From a bacterium (GTDB lineage Bacteria; JAJRZV01), in assembly GCA_024275095.1 (NCBI GenBank), contig JAJRZV010000040.1, positions 1 through 27,933 on the forward strand: a stretch of 27,933 nucleotides of DNA. Reading direction: 5' to 3'. Positions 1-7,533 of the stretch are shown here, piece after piece. The translations under genes and the position numbers were made by a program. The notes beneath the pieces were generated by a model. The model had not been told where the DNA came from. It searched no databases and saw only the letters and a program-made list of their open reading frames with translations. Within the stretch, counting starts at the first letter, position 1. Every line of letters begins with the position of its first letter.

Positions 1-915
1 CAGGCGGAGAAGAAGCGTTACTTTACGAAGGAAGGGCACACGTACCGGATCAAAAAAGATTTTCGCGCCCAGGTGTTTTTTGTCCCGGTTAATGTTGTGG
101 AGTGGAAAACATATCCGACAATTTACGCTCCTTTTGATGTGATTTTTTTCCGTAACGTGCTCATTTACATTGCACCGGAATTTCAGCGGCGCGTGATGAA
201 GAACATCGTGAATACACTCCTGCGCGACAAAGGATTTCTTTTTCTGGGTCATGCGGATTTCCTTGACGAAGCAGCATTTCAGCTTTCGAGGATGTCATTT
301 GAAAACGTGTATGTGTTTCAAAAGAAGGGAAGAGTTGAGAAAGAGACGGTCAGAACGAGGGTAAGAAAATCTCAGGTTAAAAGAAAAGAAGGTCTTAAAT
401 CACCAGCGTCAGCAGATGACTCTCGCAGCGCGCTTCTTTTTGAACGCATGAAAGAGTGTGTAAAATCTGGCAGGGGAGAGAGCCTCGCTCGTCTCGTGAA
501 CTCTGTTAATGTAAAAAATCTTGGGGCAAAAGAAGTGCACCTGTTAAATTTTTTCAAGGCGTATGCAGCAATAATCAAAGGAAAAGTTGAAGAGGCTTCT
601 CAGCTTCTGGAAGAGGCGGCGCAGAATGGGGCACTTATCCCTGAGATCTATTACCTCATGGGATTTATCCATTCAGAGCGCGGAGATTTAATGCTGGCCC
701 TCAAGGAATTGCAGAAGGCCGTGTACCTGAACGAGAGGTTTGTCCCTGCGCATATATTGCTTTACAAACTGTTTCAGCAACTGGAAATGGAGCGTGAAAA
801 GAAGCGTGAAGAAAAGCACCTCAGGGATTTTGCCCGGGGAAAAGTGGAACCTGACTGGGGATTACTTCCGGCGGTGTCTTTGTCGGATATAATACATCCG
901 GTTATAAAGGAATAA
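1..915 (+). CDS. cheR: CheR-type chemotaxis methyltransferase with C-terminal TPR domain (5' truncated by window edge)
   Basis: The frame is open from base 1 (QAEKKRYFTKEGHTYRIKKDFRAQVFF...), so the ORF-track start at 73 is internal. CheR C-terminal signature FDVIFFRNVLIY...GFLFLGHAD, then a basic linker and TPR-like helices (PEIYYLMGFIHSERGDLMLALKELQKAVYLNERFVPAH). Followed by cheW, cheA and cheB. Confidence 0.88.
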   Translation, partial: QAEKKRYFTKEGHTYRIKKDFRAQVFFVPVNVVEWKTYPTIYAPFDVIFFRNVLIYIAPEFQRRVMKNIVNTLLRDKGFLFLGHADFLDEAAFQLSRMSFENVYVFQKKGRVEKETVRTRVRKSQVKRKEGLKSPASADDSRSALLFERMKECVKSGRGESLARLVNSVNVKNLGAKEVHLLNFFKAYAAIIKGKVEEASQLLEEAAQNGALIPEIYYLMGFIHSERGDLMLALKELQKAVYLNERFVPAHILLYKLFQQLEMEREKKREEKHLRDFARGKVEPDWGLLPAVSLSDIIHPVIKE

Positions 916-922
916 GGGGTTA

Positions 923-1405
923 GTGGTGGTGAAAGGTCAAGGAGCAGATGAATTTGTTAAAGATGTTTTTAAAAGTCTGCCTCAGGAATATGTGGTGGTG
1001 GAGGTGGGTGGGCAGAGGTACGCGTTTGAAAGAGAATATGTGAGTTACGTGCTTGACGAGCTCAAACTGAGCCGTGTGCCCGCATCGCCTCCTTTCCTCG
1101 CAGGGATGGGATTTCATACGGGAACGGTCATACCGGTTGTTGATATGAAGGTAATATTCGGCAGCGAGAAGGGAGTGTCCAGGAATGAAAAACGGAAGAT
1201 TCTCGTCATTGGTGCAGATGGATTGCGTGCCGGCGTGATGGTTGATGGGGTTCCAGAAATTGCAGAGGTGAGTGGAGAGGCTGTGAGAGAGATTGAAGGA
1301 GAGAATAAGGAGTTTGTTTTGTGTTTTCTCAAATACGGTGATGAGCACATCCCGTGTGTGGATGTGCGTGCACTTCTTCAATATTTTAAGGAGCGTATGA
1401 AGTGA
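923..1405 (+). CDS. cheW: CheW coupling protein
   Basis: CheW-like pattern YVVVEVGGQRYAF...RVPASPPFLAGM...GTVIPVVDM...GVMVDGV; lies within a che operon; AAGGGG upstream of a GTG start. Confidence 0.88.
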   Translation: MVVKGQGADEFVKDVFKSLPQEYVVVEVGGQRYAFEREYVSYVLDELKLSRVPASPPFLAGMGFHTGTVIPVVDMKVIFGSEKGVSRNEKRKILVIGADGLRAGVMVDGVPEIAEVSGEAVREIEGENKEFVLCFLKYGDEHIPCVDVRALLQYFKERMK

Positions 1406-2121
1406 TGGCTGAGTATAAGGGAAAGATTCTTATAGTGGATGACAGCGTTGTGGTACTGAGTATGCTGAAGGACAGGTTTGTTCAGGAGGGCTACAGGGTA
1501 TTCCTGGCACGTAACGGTGTCGAGGGTCTTCAGCTCGCGTTGCGTGAGCACCCTGATGTTATTATTTCAGACATTGAAATGCCGGAAATGGACGGGTGGG
1601 AGTTTTGTGAACATGTGAGAGCACTGCCTGAAACCACCAACATCCCCTTTATATTTCTTACCCAATTCAAAGATGTTCCCATGAAGGTCAGAGGGTTGAG
1701 GTTGGGTGCAGATGACTATATTACGAAACCTTTCTCAAAGGAGGAGGTTGCCGCACGTGTGGATGCCATTATCCGCAAAAAGAAAGAAATGGAAAGCAAA
1801 ATTCTCATGTCAGGTAGCCTGAAGGCCATGGGTCTTCCTGAGCTTTTACAGGTGTACGAAATGAATAAAAAGACCGCCGTGATGAAGTTCACAGGCGGAC
1901 ACAGTGGAGAAATATATTTTTTAAATGGTGAAATCGTGCATGCAGTCACTCCACAAAATCAGGGGGAGGAGGCTATTTACGAAATGCTGAAATATCAGGA
2001 TGCTGATTTTGTCATCGCTCCGTATCCCGTGGACATGGAAATCACCCGGACCGTACATCGTTCTGTTCAGGACCTTGTGCTTGAGGGTGCCAGGCGCATG
2101 GACGAAGAGGGGCGGTCGTGA
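1405..2121 (+). CDS. Response regulator: N-terminal REC plus C-terminal DUF4388 (PATAN-like) domain
   Basis: REC motifs ILIVDDS, ISDIEMPEMDG, FLT and GADDYITKPF. The C-terminal SGSLKAMGLPELLQVYEMNKKTAV...GEIYFLNGEIVHA matches the DUF4388 pattern. ATG at 1405 overlaps the cheW stop (TGATG). Confidence 0.85.
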   Translation: MAEYKGKILIVDDSVVVLSMLKDRFVQEGYRVFLARNGVEGLQLALREHPDVIISDIEMPEMDGWEFCEHVRALPETTNIPFIFLTQFKDVPMKVRGLRLGADDYITKPFSKEEVAARVDAIIRKKKEMESKILMSGSLKAMGLPELLQVYEMNKKTAVMKFTGGHSGEIYFLNGEIVHAVTPQNQGEEAIYEMLKYQDADFVIAPYPVDMEITRTVHRSVQDLVLEGARRMDEEGRS

Positions 2122-4283
2122 TGGAGAATCAGGAGTATATTGACCTTTTCAAAGAAGAAGCGGCGGAACACTTGCAAAGCCTGGAGTCCATTCTTTTGAA
2201 AATGGAGACGGAAGGTGGTGGAGAAGAGTACGTAAAAGAGGCAAAACGCAGTGCCCATACAATTAAGGGATCGGCACGGCTGGTGGGCCTTGAAGAGATC
2301 GGGGCGGTTGCTCACAGGATGGAAGATGTGTTTAAGGCCATGGAGGAAGGGAAAATTAAACCAGAAAGAGACGTCATCACTGCGCTTTTGAAAGGTCTCG
2401 ACACAGTAAAGAGGATGCTCGAAGGGGATACCTCAGAATATGAGAACACGATCAATACTCTTTCAATGCTTATCGCGGATGATCAGGTTCAGAAAAGCCG
2501 TGGAAAGAGTAAAAGAGCGGATAAAAGCACAAGGCGTACCCCCACGGAGAAAGTACGCGCGGATTCGACGGAAGAGCAAGCACAGAAAAAAAAAGAGCGT
2601 GAACTGAAAAGAGAGTACTTTCGGGTATCTTCTTCCAAAATAGAGAAGCTTCTTAATACGGCAAGTCAGCTCCTTCTTGAGAAGATAGCGTATGAGCAGG
2701 CAGTGGAAGACCTCGAGCTCATTCCACAAACATTTGAACAGGAAGCACTGAAGCGTTTCCCGGATGCTGATAGGCGTTACGTGGAAACCCTCAGACGCAT
2801 GCTGGAAGAGCAAATTCAAGAAAGGACATCAGAAATTGAAAAGCGTCTTGAAACCCTGAGTTCCAGGGTATTCGAAGTTCAATATCAGGCCCTTTCTTTA
2901 AAGGTTGTGCCTTTTTACGTCATCACCGATGAACTGCGGCGATATGTGCGTGATACAGCAGCCTCACTGGACAAAACCGTGGTTTTTCACGTACGGGGTG
3001 AGGACGTGGAAATTGACCGGGCGGTTCTGGAACAGCTGAAGCCAGCAATAATGCATATCATTAACAACTCTATTACCCATGGTGTTGAGTCGGTGGAGGA
3101 AAGAGAGACCGCCGGGAAAAGTCCCGAAGGTAACGTTTTTTTACGAATATATCCACGTGGTCCGCGCATCGTTATTGAGATAGAGGATGATGGTCGGGGA
3201 ATTGACGTTGATAAGCTGAAGGACAGGGCTCTTGAGAAGGGGATAATAGATGATTTCCGTTACGAAAGCATGAGCGATGAAGACGCACTGAATCTTATAT
3301 TCGTTCACGGGCTTTCTACCGCGGAGGAGTTATCGCAGATTTCCGGTCGTGGTGTGGGTATGGATGTGGTGCGCGAGAACCTGTCACGAATGGGTGGGAA
3401 CATAAAGGTTGAGTCGCAACGCGGTAAGTACACCAGGTTTGTACTGGAGGTGCCCCAAACATCCTCCGTTATAAAGGGTTTATGGGTCAATATCGGCGGC
3501 GAGCTTTTTGTCGTTCCGGTGTACTTTATTCATCGGGTCATACGCTTGAAGGACTACGAATCGTTCATTGAAAAGGATACCAGGTATGTGAATGTCGAAG
3601 GTCGTTTCGTGGAGGTGATAGATCCGCTGCTGGTGTTTGGGTGGGGTGAGTATGACGCACCCACAAAGTACGGTATGGTTTTGAGGGTTCCGGCAGGTCT
3701 GTTCTGTGTGTACATTGACGATTTTATGGAGGAGGAGGATGTACTTGTCAGATCACCCGGCCCTGTTCTTGAACGCAATCCGTACATTGCCGGCGTTGTG
3801 GTTGGAGGGGACGGTATCCCCCATGTGATCCTTGATGTTTTCCAGTTGCGAGAGGCACGCGCGCGGACCATAAAACCCCGGACAGAAGGGTTTGAATTCG
3901 AGAAGATACTCGCAAAACGCAGCCTCAAGATCCTTTTAGTGGACGATTCTGTTACCACACTTCGCTTTGAGAAGGACGTTCTTGAAGATGCCGGTTACAC
4001 TGTTGTTACCTCCCTCGATGGTGAAGAAGCCTGGGACAGGTTCCAGCAAGAAGAATTCGATCTCGTGGTGACCGATATTCAAATGCCGCGCATGAACGGC
4101 CTGGAGCTTACTCGTCGTATAAAATCCCATGAAAAGGCAGTTCCTGTAATCGTTGTGTCTTCACTGGGTACGGACGAGGACGTGAGAAAGGGCATGGAAG
4201 CGGGTGCCGATGCTTACATTGTAAAGAAGGATTTTACTCCGAGGTCCTTCTTGCAGAAGGTAAGACAAATGATCGGTGAGTAA
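2121..4283 (+). CDS. cheA: Hybrid chemosensory histidine kinase CheA (Hpt-dimerisation-HATPase-CheW-REC)
   Basis: Hpt motif SAHTIKGSA; HATPase motifs EDDGRGID and SGRGVGMDVV; CheW-like domain; C-terminal REC (ILLVDDS, VTDIQMPRMNG, GADAYIVK). No evident P2 domain. ATG at 2121 overlaps the previous stop (TGATG). Confidence 0.95.
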   Translation: MENQEYIDLFKEEAAEHLQSLESILLKMETEGGGEEYVKEAKRSAHTIKGSARLVGLEEIGAVAHRMEDVFKAMEEGKIKPERDVITALLKGLDTVKRMLEGDTSEYENTINTLSMLIADDQVQKSRGKSKRADKSTRRTPTEKVRADSTEEQAQKKKERELKREYFRVSSSKIEKLLNTASQLLLEKIAYEQAVEDLELIPQTFEQEALKRFPDADRRYVETLRRMLEEQIQERTSEIEKRLETLSSRVFEVQYQALSLKVVPFYVITDELRRYVRDTAASLDKTVVFHVRGEDVEIDRAVLEQLKPAIMHIINNSITHGVESVEERETAGKSPEGNVFLRIYPRGPRIVIEIEDDGRGIDVDKLKDRALEKGIIDDFRYESMSDEDALNLIFVHGLSTAEELSQISGRGVGMDVVRENLSRMGGNIKVESQRGKYTRFVLEVPQTSSVIKGLWVNIGGELFVVPVYFIHRVIRLKDYESFIEKDTRYVNVEGRFVEVIDPLLVFGWGEYDAPTKYGMVLRVPAGLFCVYIDDFMEEEDVLVRSPGPVLERNPYIAGVVVGGDGIPHVILDVFQLREARARTIKPRTEGFEFEKILAKRSLKILLVDDSVTTLRFEKDVLEDAGYTVVTSLDGEEAWDRFQQEEFDLVVTDIQMPRMNGLELTRRIKSHEKAVPVIVVSSLGTDEDVRKGMEAGADAYIVKKDFTPRSFLQKVRQMIGE

Positions 4284-4285
4284 GG

Positions 4286-5302
4286 ATGCCCAAGCGTGTT
4301 CTCATAGTGGATGACTCCCGGTTAATGCGAGAGTACGTGAAGGGAATGCTGGAGGAATCCGGAGAGTTTCAGGTGGTGGGAGAAGCTGAAGATGGCATGG
4401 ATGCCCTGCAAAAAGTGAAAGTTGTAAAGCCTGATGTTGTTCTCATGGACGTGATTATGCCGCGTATGAACGGTCTGGAAGCGACCAAACGGATTATGGA
4501 AAAGTATCCGGTTCCTATTTTGATATTCAGTTCTACAGTGGAGGAGAAAGATGTGGAGTATGCCTACAACGCGGTGAAAATGGGTGCGGTGGATGTAATG
4601 GCGAAGCCTGATTCTTCCACTATCGAGGAGGACGAATTCCGCAAAGAATTTATAAGGCGGTTGAAGATTGTTTCCAATGTGAGCGTGCTCAGGCGTAGGG
4701 GGGGGCAGAGGAAAAAGGTCGCTTCACCGGCGAAGGTGACTCACACCAAGGAGGTTTTTGCCATCGGAGCATCAACAGGAGGCCCTGCTGCTGTTAGTTT
4801 CGTGTTACAAAAGATGAGCAGTGGTAACTTTTTCGTGCTGATTATTCAGCATATGGCAAAAGGTTTTGACAGGGGATTTGTTAACTGGCTCCGGGGAGAA
4901 ACAGGATGGGACGTGCGCCTCGTAGAAGAAGGCATGAGAATCAGAAATGGTGTCGTGTACGTTGCTCCCTCGGGATACCACACTGTACTCAAAGGCAGGA
5001 AGCTCTATCTCGATGACTCTCCACCTGTAAAAAGTTGCAAACCATCCATTGATGTGGGATTTCGTTCGGTCGCAGAGGAGTACGGAAGACGTGTTCTCGG
5101 AGCCATCCGTACAGGAATTGGCGATGACGGTGTAGAAGGTTGTCGAAGTATTAAAGAAAAAGGCGGCTACATCATAGCTCAGGACGAAACTTCGTCGGTC
5201 GTTTACGGGATGCCCCGTGCAGCACTGGAAGCAAAAGTTGTGGACACCGTGCTTTCGCTTGATAAAATACCAGAATTGGCCGGAGATTTACTGAAAGATT
5301 AG
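4286..5302 (+). CDS. cheB: CheB protein-glutamate methylesterase with N-terminal REC domain
   Basis: REC motifs VLIVDDS and LMDVIMPRMNG. Esterase motifs GASTGGP, IQHM, KPSID, TGIGDDG and AQDETSSVVYGMP retain the Ser/His/Asp triad. Confidence 0.95.
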   Translation: MPKRVLIVDDSRLMREYVKGMLEESGEFQVVGEAEDGMDALQKVKVVKPDVVLMDVIMPRMNGLEATKRIMEKYPVPILIFSSTVEEKDVEYAYNAVKMGAVDVMAKPDSSTIEEDEFRKEFIRRLKIVSNVSVLRRRGGQRKKVASPAKVTHTKEVFAIGASTGGPAAVSFVLQKMSSGNFFVLIIQHMAKGFDRGFVNWLRGETGWDVRLVEEGMRIRNGVVYVAPSGYHTVLKGRKLYLDDSPPVKSCKPSIDVGFRSVAEEYGRRVLGAIRTGIGDDGVEGCRSIKEKGGYIIAQDETSSVVYGMPRAALEAKVVDTVLSLDKIPELAGDLLKD

Positions 5303-5313
5303 GGAAATTGTTG

Positions 5314-5820
5314 ATGCGGAAACGAGATTTTTTAAAACTGAATCTCACCCGAAGGGAAGCTCTCACACTGGGAATTGTCGCCGCGGGATATTCTCTTTTC
5401 ACTTCCGTGGTAAGGGTTCGAGCGTCCGAAAAGGCTGGCACACCTGCAACCATGACAACGATTCTTAAATATGCTGCAGATGCGTTGCTCCCCCCGGGAG
5501 GTTCTCTGCCGCAGGCACCTTCTCAACTTGGTGTACCGGAGGAAATTCTTCAGTTTGTTTCCAAGCAGCCACCGAGTGTTCAGAAAGATTTTCGATCAGC
5601 TTTAATGGCTCTTGAAGTAATGCCTATCCTGGAGCTTCGTTTTAAACGCTTCACCAGCATGTCTCCGCAGGAGCGCGTACAATATTTTGCTTCCTGGGAA
5701 AAGAGCAGATGGGGGCTTAAGCGAAAGATATTTGTAGCACTTAAAAGTGCAGTAACTTTTGCATACTTCTCGCACCCGGAGGTGTGGGAAAAAATCGGGT
5801 ATGAGGGGCCTCTGATATGA
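5314..5820 (+). CDS. Tat-signal protein, gluconate 2-dehydrogenase subunit 3-like small subunit of the GMC enzyme
   Basis: N-terminus MRKRDFLKLNLTRREALTLGIVAAGYSLF...VRA (twin-arginine plus hydrophobic stretch). Family-like motifs RFTSMSPQER and YFSHPEVWEKIGYEGP. Overlaps the GMC gene (ATGA). ATG 5314 follows AGGGA; TTG at 5308 or 5311 are alternative starts. Confidence 0.75.
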   Translation: MRKRDFLKLNLTRREALTLGIVAAGYSLFTSVVRVRASEKAGTPATMTTILKYAADALLPPGGSLPQAPSQLGVPEEILQFVSKQPPSVQKDFRSALMALEVMPILELRFKRFTSMSPQERVQYFASWEKSRWGLKRKIFVALKSAVTFAYFSHPEVWEKIGYEGPLI

Positions 5821-7355
5821 AAGAACATTCCGAAAAAGGAAAAATCTACGGGCCAGGCGATTACTCCAGGAAGGGTACCACCTACCTTTCAGCTGATGTA
5901 TGCGTTGTGGGGACGGGTTCTGCAGGTGCTGTGGTTGCTGCTGTTCTTGCATCAGCAGGCGTTGATGTGCTGGTCCTCGAGGAGGGGCCCTATTACGCTT
6001 CTGAAGATTTCAATCAACTCGAGCATTTGATGATTCCTGCACTCTACCGTGAGAGTGCGAACCAGATGGAAGAGTGCTTCAACATTTCTGTCATGCAGGG
6101 ACGGTGCGTGGGGGGCAGTCCTGTTGTGAATATGGCTGACTGCGTGATGACCCCGAGACCGGTGCATGAACACTGGATACGATATTTTGGATATGCCGGG
6201 CCATCCTATTGTGAACTTTCAAAAGCAAATGAGATCAATACACGTCGTATGAACGTTAATAAAATTCCAGAAGAAGAACTTAATGAAAACAATCGTCTTC
6301 TCCTTGAGAGCGCTCGTTCCCTGGGCTTATCGGCTCGAACTTTTGAAAACAACAGGGTCAATTGTGTGGGATGTGGTTATTGCCTTATCGGGTGTCATTA
6401 CAGAGCCAAGCAGTCCACGCTTGTGACGTTTGTGGAGGATGCTTTGAAGGATGGGGTGCGGCTTTTTTCCCGTGCGAGAGCCGAAAGATTTGTCTGGACC
6501 AAAGGGCGGGCCCGCGTGCTGGAAGGGGTTTTCTTGGAAAAGGACTCTGATGTTCCCATGGGACGGTTTGAAATAAGAGCACACGAGTTTGTGCTGGCCG
6601 CGGGCGCGATACATTCTCCTCTTGTTTTAATGCAGAGTGGGATCCAAATTGAAGGAATCGGGGATAACCTCTCGTTGCAGCCGCAAATGCCGGTGATGGC
6701 TCTTTTCGAGAAAGAAATTGTGGCTTACAGGGGCATTCCCCAGGCTGCCGTGGTGGATGCTTTTGAAGAAATTGACGATGAGAAGGGACTCAGCGGTTTT
6801 CGTATAGAAGGTATCATGGCGGGGCCAGCCATGAGTTCAAGTTTTGGTCCTGGTTCAGGTCTGGAATTCAAACAATTAATGACACGTTTCCGGCATATTG
6901 CAGCAGCACTGATTCTTTTTCCCGATCGTCCATCAGGGTATGTGAGGGTAAAGGAGCGGGGGAGGGCGCTGATTAAATACCGGTTTTCTGATGAACTCGC
7001 ACGCACCATACGTAAGGGGTTGAAGGAAGCAGCTCGCATTTATCTTCATGCCGGAGCCCGTTTGGTGGCTTTTCCGACGCTTCCGGGAGTTACGGTTAAA
7101 AGTTTAAATGACTTGCATCGTATTGATTCGATCTCCTTTACACCCGCACACGTAAGAATGATTTCCGCCCATCCTCAGGGGACCCTTCGCATGAGCGAGA
7201 GAGGACCTGTCCGCCCTGATTTCAGGCTCAGGGGATTTGAGAATCTTTACGTTTGTGACTCCAGTATATTTCCTACAACCTCTTCATCTCATATCATGCT
7301 GCCCGTAATGGCATACGCACGGGTGGCTGCTGACCGGCTCATTCAGGCTCTCTGA
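5817..7355 (+). CDS. GMC-family FAD oxidoreductase (long-chain alcohol oxidase-like clade) with a Cys cluster
   Basis: FAD-binding DVCVVGTGSAGAVVA...VLVLEEG; GRCVGGSPVVN; CVGCGYCLIGC; VLAAGAIHSPLVL; HPQGTLRM; NLYVCDSSIFPT. Confidence 0.9.
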   Translation: MKEHSEKGKIYGPGDYSRKGTTYLSADVCVVGTGSAGAVVAAVLASAGVDVLVLEEGPYYASEDFNQLEHLMIPALYRESANQMEECFNISVMQGRCVGGSPVVNMADCVMTPRPVHEHWIRYFGYAGPSYCELSKANEINTRRMNVNKIPEEELNENNRLLLESARSLGLSARTFENNRVNCVGCGYCLIGCHYRAKQSTLVTFVEDALKDGVRLFSRARAERFVWTKGRARVLEGVFLEKDSDVPMGRFEIRAHEFVLAAGAIHSPLVLMQSGIQIEGIGDNLSLQPQMPVMALFEKEIVAYRGIPQAAVVDAFEEIDDEKGLSGFRIEGIMAGPAMSSSFGPGSGLEFKQLMTRFRHIAAALILFPDRPSGYVRVKERGRALIKYRFSDELARTIRKGLKEAARIYLHAGARLVAFPTLPGVTVKSLNDLHRIDSISFTPAHVRMISAHPQGTLRMSERGPVRPDFRLRGFENLYVCDSSIFPTTSSSHIMLPVMAYARVAADRLIQAL

Positions 7356-7375
7356 TTGCACAAAAATGTACAATC
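7354..7375. promoter_or_regulatory. Inverted repeat, candidate activator (enhancer-binding protein) site
   Basis: GATTGCACA-AAAA-TGTACAATC has 9-bp arms with one mismatch. It is AT-rich and has no U-tract, so it does not look like a terminator. It lies about 100 bp upstream of the candidate -24/-12 element. Confidence 0.45.
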
Positions 7376-7464
7376 GTGCACCTGTATGTCCAAAAAAAAA
7401 GCAGGTATATCAGGTTGAATTGTAAAACCCCGTGAAAAATAAGAATATTTTTGTGCGTTTTCAC

Positions 7465-7480
7465 AGGCACATTTCTTGAT
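7465..7480 (+). promoter_or_regulatory. Candidate sigma54 (-24/-12) promoter of the radical SAM gene
   Basis: AGGCACATTTCTTGAT compared with consensus TGGCAC-N5-TTGC(A/T): GG at 7466-7467, exact N10 spacing, then GA at 7478-7479 instead of GC. Confidence 0.5.
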
Positions 7481-7533
7481 GTTTTCCTTTCCGGGTCTTT
7501 TGGTTTATTTACTTCACCTCAGGAGGTGTGAAA

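Noticed and set aside
4698-4705. G8 tract in the cheB linker (also A9 at 2586-2594 in cheA) as phase-variation sites
   Set aside because: The tracts are short, both genes are in frame, and they encode ordinary Arg/Gly or Lys-rich linkers. There is no evidence of slippage without reads.
7354-7375. Palindrome after the GMC stop read as an intrinsic terminator
   Set aside because: The stem is AT-rich with a mismatch and no following U-tract; it fits a protein-binding site better.
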